A stretch of DNA of 64,000 nt from a bacterium (GTDB taxonomy: Bacteria > Zhuqueibacterota > Zhuqueibacteria > Residuimicrobiales > Krinioviventaceae): positions 800,001 to 864,000 of the forward strand of contig CAXXMD010000003.1 in the NCBI GenBank assembly GCA_963675755.2, written 5' to 3'. Every line of letters begins with the position of its first letter. Within the stretch, counting starts at the first letter, position 1. The translations under genes and the position numbers were made by a program. Below, piece after piece: positions 10,095-19,643 of the stretch. Below the pieces are notes generated by a model. The model made no database searches. It saw only the letters and a program-made list of their open reading frames with translations, and was not told where the DNA came from.

Positions 10095-12845
10095 TTATTT
10101 CATCAAAGCCATCTTTTTAACGGATTCAAAATTTTCTGTCTGGAATTTATAGAAATAAACACCAGTAGGCAGATTTTGAGCGTCAAAACGAACGGTATGT
10201 GTACCTTGAGCTACAGTACCATCGATCAATTTAGCAACTTGCTGACCGGTTACGTTGTAAATGGTCAGTTTTGCTTTACCACTAGCCGGCATGGTGAATT
10301 GAATGTCGGTAGTTGGGTTGAATGGATTCGGATAGTTCTGTGACAGTTTGTAACCATCAATAACAGCTACATTATCAACTGCATTACCTAATGGATCGCG
10401 GTCAATAACAGTTACATTATCAACAAACCAGGTTGCAAAGCCACCATCATTGTTGAGGTTTTTCCACCAGAAGCGGAACTGTACTGAAGAAGCGCCAGCA
10501 ACCATATCTGTAATTTCATAAGACATGTATTCAAGGCTGAAAGAAATAGCTTCAGCAGCGCCACCAACAGTTTTTGCCCAATGAACAACTGGCAGCCAGG
10601 TTGTGCCACCGTCTACAGACAGGTCAACCAAAGCATAGATTGGGAAATTGTCATCACCATCGGTTCCACCAATTTTACTGGAGAATTCGAGGTAAACATC
10701 ATTAGTTGTTTCAAGATCATAAACAGGGCTGTACAGCAATTCGTTTTGTGGTTGTGGAATGGTACCAGTAGCCATATCACCATACAAAGTATCATTACGA
10801 ATACCAGCCATATGACGAATGTAAGCACCAATGTTGTTTGGTTCATCTTCATCATTTACAAACCAGGTATTTAACCAGTCAAAATCTTCAGTGTTTGCAC
10901 TATCAACTGTAGTCCAACCGCCAAGATCCAGGTCATCACTATAAGTAGCCTTTTCAGACCAGGTTGGGAATGGGAACCAGTTATGATCACCATCTTCATC
11001 GAGGTTCAGATATTCCTGGAATGTTTCAAAAACAACTACTTCATCCAAAGAAGGATAAGCATAGAAACCAGAACTTACAACATCGTTGTATGCAGCACCG
11101 TCTCCATTGTAAAGAGAAGTCAAATAAATGTTATAGAATTCTTTTTCAGTAGGAACAGTAAATTCACCCAATGTCAACTGACGGCTTTCTGCGCCTGCCA
11201 ACAATGGTGGAGTTTGATCGTTTTTGGTGTACAAAGTGTCACCAGATTCATTGGTAATAACCAATGATACAGGTACAGGACCCAAAGAGCTGGTACCATT
11301 GTTTTTAACCGTACCGGTCATTACAATGGTTTCGCCTTTGTTTATTGGGTTATTTACAGTCAAACCAAAATCAAGTGTTTGTGGTTTTGCATCAATTTCA
11401 GGAATAACTGCTGTACCATCAATGTACTGTGCTTTATTGAAAGGAGCACCTGCAGCTGACCAGAAAATGTCAAGAGTTGATCTTGCAGGATCGTAAACAA
11501 CATCACAACCTTGATCACCCAAAGGAGAGTTACCATCCTGGGTAATCCAACGATGCAATTCCCAATCCATATCAGCAGGTCCAACACCAGCATAACTGGT
11601 AGCGTCAACAAGTTTCAAAGCAACAATGTCGCCACCACCACCAACAAAGTTTTCATACCAGTTGGTATTCATAACAACATAAACAATGTCGTTTTCATCA
11701 TCAACATCTGCGTTTGGCAGATACAGATGATCATCATTAACAACAGGAATGTTGGCATAATTGTCAGAATTAAACTGAACAGCGCCTTCGTAACCTTCGC
11801 CATTGTTCAATGAACCAAAATCGGTTGCACTTGTAGCATCCGTTGGTGGTTCCCAGGTACCAAACCAAACAGTTTCTGCTTCATAACCATCCATGAAATA
11901 GTAACCACGGTTGTTTTGATCAAAGATCATTTCAGGCATACCCCAGCAGTCTTCCAATTCTGCTCTCAAGCGTGTTGGAGGAATGGGGCCCCATGCCTGG
12001 GCTGCTGATTTGTAATAAATGTGATAAGGGGTTTTATCACCAAATGTATCAGAACCACCGTCACCAGAAAAGATGATGTGGGGATCGTTGTTACGGTCAA
12101 GTAAAATAGTTCCCTGGAATACAACACCGCTGGGAACAAAACTGATAGCTTCTGCACCAACAGAACCGTCAGATTTGGTGAACACGAGGTTTTCCAAATC
12201 AGCAGCACCGTCTGCAGCAGACAGATCAGCTTTAGTATAGAACATGTCCTGATTTTGTTTAGCATAGGTAATATGAACAACGCGGTCTGAACCAATTGTC
12301 ATAGTTGCCCAAGATACTTCAGCTGTAGGAACATTGATTTTGTTACCCAAGTCCATAAAAGGAGTCCAGGTTTCACCGCCATCAGTAGAACGGGTCAACT
12401 GAGTACGCCATACACCACCTGTAATCTGAATAGCAGGCAACAGGTAGAGGTCGTCATTGGTTGGATCGATGGATAATTTAGCCATTAAACTACGGCTCCA
12501 TCCGGTATAACCAATGGTTTCAGGGATGTTCATAGGTTCTGTCCATTCCAGGCCCAATTCATCAAGTGAATGTGCATAGTATGGGAAATCGTAACCAGGA
12601 TCTTCCCAAGAAACATGGAGCAGACCATCAGAGGTACGAGCAGAGTGACGACCACCATAGTGGAATGCACGCGGCATAGCATCACCAACATCAATACCAC
12701 CAGGTTTTGTAAAAGCAGTTACGCTAACTTCGGATACAGGATCAGGATCAGCAATTTTTGCCAATTTTAACTGAGCACTTGCTCCGGAAGCCATAATTAA
12801 AGAAAATACAACAAACAGTAACAATAAGGAATTTACCTTTTTCAT
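10095..12845 (-). CDS. Acidic secreted protein: BNR/Asp-box propeller-like N-terminal region, CARDB, MAM-like domain, T9SS type A-like C-terminal domain
   Basis: GGGAGG RBS before MKKVN; Asp-box TRSTDGGETW; TVKNNG (CARDB-like); SVDGGTTW...VQFRF...WFVDNV; YKLSQNYPNPFNPTT...KKMALMK. Confidence 0.85.
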   Translation of the reverse strand: MKKVNSLLLLFVVFSLIMASGASAQLKLAKIADPDPVSEVSVTAFTKPGGIDVGDAMPRAFHYGGRHSARTSDGLLHVSWEDPGYDFPYYAHSLDELGLEWTEPMNIPETIGYTGWSRSLMAKLSIDPTNDDLYLLPAIQITGGVWRTQLTRSTDGGETWTPFMDLGNKINVPTAEVSWATMTIGSDRVVHITYAKQNQDMFYTKADLSAADGAADLENLVFTKSDGSVGAEAISFVPSGVVFQGTILLDRNNDPHIIFSGDGGSDTFGDKTPYHIYYKSAAQAWGPIPPTRLRAELEDCWGMPEMIFDQNNRGYYFMDGYEAETVWFGTWEPPTDATSATDFGSLNNGEGYEGAVQFNSDNYANIPVVNDDHLYLPNADVDDENDIVYVVMNTNWYENFVGGGGDIVALKLVDATSYAGVGPADMDWELHRWITQDGNSPLGDQGCDVVYDPARSTLDIFWSAAGAPFNKAQYIDGTAVIPEIDAKPQTLDFGLTVNNPINKGETIVMTGTVKNNGTSSLGPVPVSLVITNESGDTLYTKNDQTPPLLAGAESRQLTLGEFTVPTEKEFYNIYLTSLYNGDGAAYNDVVSSGFYAYPSLDEVVVFETFQEYLNLDEDGDHNWFPFPTWSEKATYSDDLDLGGWTTVDSANTEDFDWLNTWFVNDEDEPNNIGAYIRHMAGIRNDTLYGDMATGTIPQPQNELLYSPVYDLETTNDVYLEFSSKIGGTDGDDNFPIYALVDLSVDGGTTWLPVVHWAKTVGGAAEAISFSLEYMSYEITDMVAGASSVQFRFWWKNLNNDGGFATWFVDNVTVIDRDPLGNAVDNVAVIDGYKLSQNYPNPFNPTTDIQFTMPASGKAKLTIYNVTGQQVAKLIDGTVAQGTHTVRFDAQNLPTGVYFYKFQTENFESVKKMALMK

Positions 12846-12922
12846 AATTCCTCCCAATTTAAAAAATCAGTGAATTAACTCTTACCAACAAGTTTAAGTA
12901 TTACAATAAAATTTTTGCTCGC

Positions 12923-12934
12923 TCACCTCCTTTT
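12923..12934 (-). promoter_or_regulatory. Orphan extended Shine-Dalgarno AAAAGGAGGTGA with no start codon at normal spacing
   Basis: Perfect anti-SD complement in the 12846-12979 intergenic region, about 70 nt upstream of the RBS of the 10095-12845 gene. Confidence 0.45.
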
Positions 12935-12979
12935 CCTGACTTTTTTTAAATGCTTCATTGAATGCCTGCTAAATTTATA

Positions 12980-14296
12980 TTAAAAAATATCTTTAGGACT
13001 CCAATCCGCTGGAGGTGTATCACTCAGGCCATTAATCAAAGAGATCAAGTTGAATGAAAAATCTGTTCTGGTATTATCAACAACATCTCCCTGACCCAGA
13101 TAAACCTCTAAACATTCTTCAGCACTTAAATAATCATTAATATTATAATAACAAATAGCCATTACTTTGTAAAAATCCCACATATTATAGTCTGTATCAC
13201 CATCAAAAAGGTTACGTTGATATGGATATTTACCACTATCAAGGGCTTTTAAATCCTGGTTGATGTACATCAAAGCCCGGCTGGCTTCAAGTGCAGAAAC
13301 ATAATCACCTTGTGCAAGATAAGCTGCAGACATGCCGGCATAAGCGTCGGCCTGCATATATGTACCACCACTCTGAGGATTATTAGCATCGTATTTATTG
13401 TAGAAATCACCTTTGATATAATAGATATCACCCGGTTGATCTTCGGGAGCATCACTTAGATCTTCAAGTTCCTCATTTAAAACAATAAAACGATTGGTAT
13501 ATCTGTCAATGAGATATCCTTTTTCATGATACGTAAAAATAGCTTCAATTTCTTTAAGGGTTTCAACACGTGGCACAATTGAAAGAACTCCCGTTTGTGT
13601 ATCAATGTAATATTGATCCAGCTCGGTCAACTCGTTTTCAGAAGCAACAGCAGTAGTAAAAGTTGCAGGATTAAAACTTAGAGAATTATCCAATGCATTT
13701 CCCAGTGCTGTTGAAGTTGCGTTACTGAGTTCTGATTTGGGTAAATTAATCACACGGGTTCCAGGATCCAACTCAAAAGCTGGCGAAGCTCCCATTTTTT
13801 GAACAACACGTGCACTATAACTGTCAATATCATCAATGCTGACAATATATTCATCTGTCATAAGTTGCAACTCGCCGTTCACATCTACATATTGAGTGTC
13901 TGGCACAGCATAAGCCTCAACACCTTCTTTAGCAACAACCGGAAACCGGCTGCTGCTAACAGATTCAAGACTAATAACAAAGCTAAAGTTTGTTATAGCC
14001 TGAGCATATTTTTCAAGTCTGCTATAGGTCCAACCTAAACCTCTATATGCATCAATAGAAAGTTCAGGTGAAACGTTTCTTTGCAAAGTAGCTTCAAAGT
14101 TTGCCACAGCAGCTTCATAATCACCATTTTGGTAGGCTGTCCAGCCTTCTACTATTAAACCTTCAACAGACTGTGCGGTTGTAGGTATATTATCTGATTT
14201 GTCAGAACAACCAAACAAGACCATCAAAGTAACGATTGCAATGAGAACAAAAACCGATCTTGCAGCCAGGTCTTTGTTTCGAGTAATCTGAATCAT
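12980..14296 (-). CDS. TPR-containing lipoprotein
   Basis: AAGGAGG RBS; lipobox LFG-C; TPR helices GWTAYQNGDYEAAVANF and AYRGLGWTYSRLEKYAQAITNF, interrupted by a beta-rich insert. Confidence 0.8.
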   Translation of the reverse strand: MIQITRNKDLAARSVFVLIAIVTLMVLFGCSDKSDNIPTTAQSVEGLIVEGWTAYQNGDYEAAVANFEATLQRNVSPELSIDAYRGLGWTYSRLEKYAQAITNFSFVISLESVSSSRFPVVAKEGVEAYAVPDTQYVDVNGELQLMTDEYIVSIDDIDSYSARVVQKMGASPAFELDPGTRVINLPKSELSNATSTALGNALDNSLSFNPATFTTAVASENELTELDQYYIDTQTGVLSIVPRVETLKEIEAIFTYHEKGYLIDRYTNRFIVLNEELEDLSDAPEDQPGDIYYIKGDFYNKYDANNPQSGGTYMQADAYAGMSAAYLAQGDYVSALEASRALMYINQDLKALDSGKYPYQRNLFDGDTDYNMWDFYKVMAICYYNINDYLSAEECLEVYLGQGDVVDNTRTDFSFNLISLINGLSDTPPADWSPKDIF

Positions 14297-14336
14297 CAAT
14301 GCCTCCTTAAATCTATAGCAAATTAAATAATCAACA

Positions 14337-17300
14337 TTATTTTATCAGAACCATTTTCCGTGTTTCTACATAGCTGCCAGCACGCATTTCATAGACGTAA
14401 ACGCCACTACTTACTCTGGCACCTCTTGCATTCAATCCATTCCATTTTGCAGTATAATAACCGGCACTCATATTCTGATCAACCAGGGTATTTACCAATT
14501 GACCATTCATGTTGTAGATTCGGATTACAACACGTTCCTGCTGAGGCACCTGATATTTAATTTCAGTTGAAGGATTAAACGGATTAGGATAGTTCTGATA
14601 AACCGCATAGGTTGTTGGTACTTGTTCTGTTTCAATGCTCTGATTAGCAACATTACCAGAAATAACTGCATATACACCCAGCTCATTTACACTGGCAGAA
14701 ATTGTACCTTGTTTTTCGTTAATCATAGCTGGCACTGATATCCATTCATCATCTTGTAGACGATACAAGCCAATGTCTTCTGACACGGCATCTGTTGAAT
14801 ATTTGATGCTTAAAGCCGCATTATTATTCAAACTTTTATTTACAGGACCGAATTGATAAAGATCGCTTGCAAATTCATAATCATCGGCATCTGATTTTTG
14901 CAATCCAACCATTGTTTCGGGTTTGTTTGTAAACAGTGTCAAATATGTTTCTGACAAAAATGTGTTCGACGGAATAACCATAGAAGCATTTTCATCATCT
15001 GTTACCAGAGTTGTTGAAAATTTGGGCAATGCTTTTGAAACTGACAGAGGAGCTACAATTTCTTCATTATCATTTCCCGCGCAATCCTGAAGTTTACGAA
15101 TAACCAGGTTAACCTGACCTTCTTCAGTCAAATGATAGCGGCCTTTATAAATAAAGTATTCACTTTGTATATCAGCGCCACTTCCACTTGATTTTGGATC
15201 AATGTTGTCAAACAATGAAATATCTACTGCTGTTGTATCAGTAAAATAAACCATTTCTACTGTTGGGTTTTCAAATTCAGTACCAATGTCTGAAAAAGTA
15301 TGTTCATTGGCTGATATTAAAATATCAACAAATTCAGGATACAATGGGTTATGAACAATCTGATAATCAACTTCTGGTGGTGTTACATCTTTGAGCTGTA
15401 AATATTTAACACCACGTCCCAAAGAATCCTGGTTACTTACTACAACATACATTTCGTGGTACTTTAAAGATGTTCTGTCAGCATTGGGTTCGTATTTATC
15501 CAAGACATTAAAAGATAACTCTTTTTCTTCATTAAACAAAGAAGTAATATTTTCTACATCTTTGGAGCCATCTGGTTTAACTTTGATCAGGTGCACCCGC
15601 AGGTTTGCATAATCACTTGCATTGATTTTCATATTAATGGGTTCACCGGTTTTGAGATCTTTGTCCCAATAATTTATTACGGATTGTACAGGATTGTCTG
15701 CAAAGATACTGGGATCAGGGAACAGATAACGAATAGTATATGCCCAGTTATTCAGTCCTTGTCCATATTCCTGTAAAACTCTATATTCTTTGTATTCAGA
15801 CATTGAAGTATTGTGACCAAAAAGGTTTCCATAATTCATACCTAAACCTTTTTCATCCATATAATTATTCAAAACTGCAGAATATAAAGAATCTTGATAA
15901 CCATATTTAGCACCGGAAATGGGATCAGATTGATTAACATCGTTGATACAGTTGGCAATTACCCAAGCTGCATAAACATCGTCGAAATTTTTACCATATT
16001 CGGCTTGCAATACATTTTGAATACCTTCCCATCCATTGTCCTCATCGGCAATGATTTTATTGAAAAGGTCAAAACCGCCAAAGTTTTCAAAAAGATATGT
16101 AAAGAACATGGAAACCTGGGTAAAGCGGTTATTCATGTCACCATCATCAGGACTTACAGCCCATGGGCTAAGTGCAGTTCCTGCAACAAGACTGTAAACA
16201 TTTGCTGCACCTGTCAAAGTCTGAAAATCAGGCATTGATGAAGGCAAAGGAAAGCCACAAAGGCGTTCTGCCATAAAGCCAATTCCTTCGGTAACCCATC
16301 TCTGTTCATCATAATCATTGTTCCAGTGCATCAGGCGAAGCAATTGATGTCCCAAAGCTGCAGCACGCTGAGCATCTGTTGCCTGACGGGAATCAATATA
16401 AAGGAACTCGCCTTTATTGGTATTGCCAATCAGGTTCTGATCTTCAGGACGGAAATAACCGGCAATATTGGTTGTTCCGCTTAAACCGTTAGAAGTCAGG
16501 TTTTCTTCGTAACCTATATCTTCAATGTTATGCAAAAGGATGCTAATTTTGTTGTTATCATCCATGTCCGGGATATTTTCTTCACCAAACTGCTGAGCAA
16601 TAACATCATAAACACCCATTGAAGGATTAGCAGGGGTGGAATTGTCAAAATAATTGATCAAGGTTTGAATATTTTCTTCATTTACATAAGCAGGCATTCC
16701 AAAGTTTGAACCTGTCCATGTTGCGCCATTGTCTGCAGTTTCATAAAAACCATAAGGTGTTCCTGCATACAAGGTGTTATTGATAACATTTACACTAAAT
16801 ACCTCTGTTTCAGCATCAATTGTTCCAAGTGCTTCCCAGGAGGTTCCGCCTGTTGTGCTTTTAAAAACATTATCCATTGTACCGGCATAGAGTGAACCGT
16901 CTGTTAATGCTGTCAAACTTTGAATATCAATATTCTCAAGACCTTCAGTTACAGAACCAACAAGGTCCCAGGAAAGTCCCATATCCGATGTTTTATAAAC
17001 ACCGTTTTCATTACCGGCATAAACAACCTGGTCATTACCGGCATATGCCATTTTATTAAACACCAACCCACTGGAAGTATAAAGTTCCATCTGGGCGATT
17101 ATTTCTGTGGTATTAAAGTCATCATAATTATCAATTTCTTCACCAGAAACCAGGTTATCATTATTTATCAGGATACCCTTTTTCTCATTATTCAAACCGC
17201 GAAGTGAAGTAGATTTGGCAGTCCAAACCCAGGTATTGGTTCCATCAGTGTATTTAACATTGATAAATTTACCACCCACTTCAAAATTGGGATCTGCGGG

Positions 17301-18494
17301 ATAAGAAACAACAATTAATATCTCAGCAAGTGGATCAATTATTGTAGCTTTTGCCGATTCACCATGAAATTTGAAATCATTTACATCAATACCAGGAAAA
17401 GGGCCATAACCAGTGTATGTTGAAAAGTCTTGTGTATAATCATTAATTCTAATATTCCACAAACCTTCATCACCTACAATACCTTCTGTATTTCGTTGAG
17501 TATATAATGGATCTGTGGTTTCAAGATCATTGGGTGGACAAATAAATTTTCTATAGGGTTGTCCCAAGCTGTCATATTCTACTAAAACAACTTTGTCTTC
17601 GCGGCTAATGCCATCTACCGCAAACCAGTTATCGTAAATTTCACCTGTATTGGGGTCCCACAACGCGCGGCCCAATTCAGCAAGTTTGGCTTCATCAAGA
17701 GTAGATTCGAAAACATTTACAACCGTGTTTGCTTTGGTTGCTGTAATTTTGCGTTCAACACCCTGCCAGTAAGCGCCTTGATTTTTTGTTAAAAAGACAC
17801 CGGCTTCTGTAGCGGCCATAACGGAACCATCAACAACAGAAAGCGCGTTTACAGGTAAATATTCGTCATCGCCATCTTTGGGTAAACCATTTGACATACG
17901 GTCCCATGAAGTACCGCCATTGTCACTGGCATAAACACCAGCATCAATATCGATATCACTATCTTCATCGCCATCATCTGCCCAAACGTAACCGCCCAGA
18001 CCGGCATAAACAACGCCATTTGCTTCAGCGAAACAAAAGACAGGAGTACGAACAGTAGCACGTCTCCAGCGAGCGCCTTCAACGTCCCAACGATAAATAC
18101 CATCATCAAGGCCTGCCAAAACAGTTCCATCAGATGTAACAAAAATCGCGTTAACCGGGCTTTTTCCAAAAGTTCTTGAACTGTTTGGATGGCCATCACT
18201 CAGGCTGACCCAGGTTGTTTCGTTCAATCCTTTTGAAAAAACACCAGTTCGTTTGGTACCTGCATAAACAACGCCATTGGTTTCATCAACTGTGATAGCA
18301 GTAATCAGGTTGTTCTCAACCCAAACATCACAATTTTCACCAATTGCGGCCAAAGTGGCACCAATTTTATAATCATACTGGAAAAACTGATAATTATGTA
18401 CCCACAACAATCTGGACTCGCCAACTGTCTGGGCATATAATGCATTTCCCATAAATAAAAGCACAAGGAAAATAACAGATAATTTTTTAAACAT
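14337..18494 (-). CDS. Secreted protein with an M30/hyicolysin-like peptidase domain (degenerate zinc motif), inserted YCF48/BNR-like propeller and FlgD-Ig/T9SS-like C-terminal domain
   Basis: PDMDDNNKISILL...IAGYF...NKGEFLYID...ALGHQLLRLMHWNND.DEQRWVTEG; repeats SDNGGTSW/STTGGTSW/TADNGATW; YQNYPNPFNPST...RKMVLIK. Confidence 0.8.
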   Translation of the reverse strand: MFKKLSVIFLVLLFMGNALYAQTVGESRLLWVHNYQFFQYDYKIGATLAAIGENCDVWVENNLITAITVDETNGVVYAGTKRTGVFSKGLNETTWVSLSDGHPNSSRTFGKSPVNAIFVTSDGTVLAGLDDGIYRWDVEGARWRRATVRTPVFCFAEANGVVYAGLGGYVWADDGDEDSDIDIDAGVYASDNGGTSWDRMSNGLPKDGDDEYLPVNALSVVDGSVMAATEAGVFLTKNQGAYWQGVERKITATKANTVVNVFESTLDEAKLAELGRALWDPNTGEIYDNWFAVDGISREDKVVLVEYDSLGQPYRKFICPPNDLETTDPLYTQRNTEGIVGDEGLWNIRINDYTQDFSTYTGYGPFPGIDVNDFKFHGESAKATIIDPLAEILIVVSYPADPNFEVGGKFINVKYTDGTNTWVWTAKSTSLRGLNNEKKGILINNDNLVSGEEIDNYDDFNTTEIIAQMELYTSSGLVFNKMAYAGNDQVVYAGNENGVYKTSDMGLSWDLVGSVTEGLENIDIQSLTALTDGSLYAGTMDNVFKSTTGGTSWEALGTIDAETEVFSVNVINNTLYAGTPYGFYETADNGATWTGSNFGMPAYVNEENIQTLINYFDNSTPANPSMGVYDVIAQQFGEENIPDMDDNNKISILLHNIEDIGYEENLTSNGLSGTTNIAGYFRPEDQNLIGNTNKGEFLYIDSRQATDAQRAAALGHQLLRLMHWNNDYDEQRWVTEGIGFMAERLCGFPLPSSMPDFQTLTGAANVYSLVAGTALSPWAVSPDDGDMNNRFTQVSMFFTYLFENFGGFDLFNKIIADEDNGWEGIQNVLQAEYGKNFDDVYAAWVIANCINDVNQSDPISGAKYGYQDSLYSAVLNNYMDEKGLGMNYGNLFGHNTSMSEYKEYRVLQEYGQGLNNWAYTIRYLFPDPSIFADNPVQSVINYWDKDLKTGEPINMKINASDYANLRVHLIKVKPDGSKDVENITSLFNEEKELSFNVLDKYEPNADRTSLKYHEMYVVVSNQDSLGRGVKYLQLKDVTPPEVDYQIVHNPLYPEFVDILISANEHTFSDIGTEFENPTVEMVYFTDTTAVDISLFDNIDPKSSGSGADIQSEYFIYKGRYHLTEEGQVNLVIRKLQDCAGNDNEEIVAPLSVSKALPKFSTTLVTDDENASMVIPSNTFLSETYLTLFTNKPETMVGLQKSDADDYEFASDLYQFGPVNKSLNNNAALSIKYSTDAVSEDIGLYRLQDDEWISVPAMINEKQGTISASVNELGVYAVISGNVANQSIETEQVPTTYAVYQNYPNPFNPSTEIKYQVPQQERVVIRIYNMNGQLVNTLVDQNMSAGYYTAKWNGLNARGARVSSGVYVYEMRAGSYVETRKMVLIK

Positions 18495-18550
18495 ATATCC
18501 CTCCGGTAAAGGTCTTTCAAGAGATCAGGAAATAATCATTATCAACTAAA

Positions 18551-19582
18551 TTAGAATTCCAAAGAAAAAGCCATCTGGTGGACCAGATCCAGTATACCAA
18601 AATCGGTATAACTGTAATCGATGCTTGCAGCACCCAGTCCACTCAAACTCAAACGCAAACTACCACCAACAGAAAAGTTGGCAGCATCATGATTTCCGAT
18701 ATAACCGCCACGGAGGGCAATAATATTTTTAAACCAATATTCACCTCCCAGATTTATCTGTTCCACATTATCATTGGGGTGAACCAGGTCACCGGAAACA
18801 GTAAATTTGTTCAGAGGAGAATCAAACAGATCATAAGCAAAACCTGCTCTAAAAATCAAAGGCAGATGATAGGGACGATAATCGTCATACGGTTCAGTAA
18901 TGTACTGCTGAGTATCAGAATCGAAACCAACAATATCAGCATACTGACCAGGGATCTGCATTTCAGGACCAAAGTTCATAATGGCAATACCTAAACGCAA
19001 AGACTTGAAACCTGTTTGATAAATAGCACCCAAGTCAAATGACCATGCGGAAGCAATTTCATCTTCACCGGTATAATCATTTATAGAGCCATAATCTTCA
19101 CGAACATATTTAATGGTACCACCAAAAGAAAATTTATCAGTCAGATATCTTGCATAACTCAAACCAATCATAACATCATTTTTCGAAAATTGTTCGCCGG
19201 TTCCTTCCTGATATTTATAAGTAGTAATATCCATATCTCCTGAACCAAGCACCATGGCGCTCACACCAAAAGAACCCAGAGAAGGAAAAGTTTTTGCAAT
19301 ACCCACTACATTCATTTGAATATCAGCGAACCATTGAACATTAGAAATCAACACATTATAATTCTTAACCATAGCTAAACCGCCAGGATTCCAAAACATG
19401 GAAGACGCATCATCAACAACGGCGACACATGCATTTCCTAGCCCAACATTTCTTGCGCCGGCGCCAATTTTCAGAAACTGAGAACCAGCTGTACCAACTT
19501 TGGCAAATTGTTGGGCAGGTAAAACATGAACCAATCCAAACATTAAGGTGATGCACAATAAAGCAGTAAATTTTTTCTTCAT
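18551..19582 (-). CDS. PorV/PorQ-family outer-membrane beta-barrel (FadL-like; T9SS shuttle homolog)
   Basis: Hallmark KVGTAGSQFLKIGAGARNVGLGNA...DASSMFWNPGGLA; GGEYW..IIALRGGY; IDYSY; C-terminal LEF. GAGGT RBS before MKKKF. Confidence 0.88.
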   Translation of the reverse strand: MKKKFTALLCITLMFGLVHVLPAQQFAKVGTAGSQFLKIGAGARNVGLGNACVAVVDDASSMFWNPGGLAMVKNYNVLISNVQWFADIQMNVVGIAKTFPSLGSFGVSAMVLGSGDMDITTYKYQEGTGEQFSKNDVMIGLSYARYLTDKFSFGGTIKYVREDYGSINDYTGEDEIASAWSFDLGAIYQTGFKSLRLGIAIMNFGPEMQIPGQYADIVGFDSDTQQYITEPYDDYRPYHLPLIFRAGFAYDLFDSPLNKFTVSGDLVHPNDNVEQINLGGEYWFKNIIALRGGYIGNHDAANFSVGGSLRLSLSGLGAASIDYSYTDFGILDLVHQMAFSLEF

Positions 19583-19643
19583 TAGTAATAACCTCTTTAT
19601 TATGATTTGCATTCTACAATAGAAAAACAAAGGCAGCAATACG

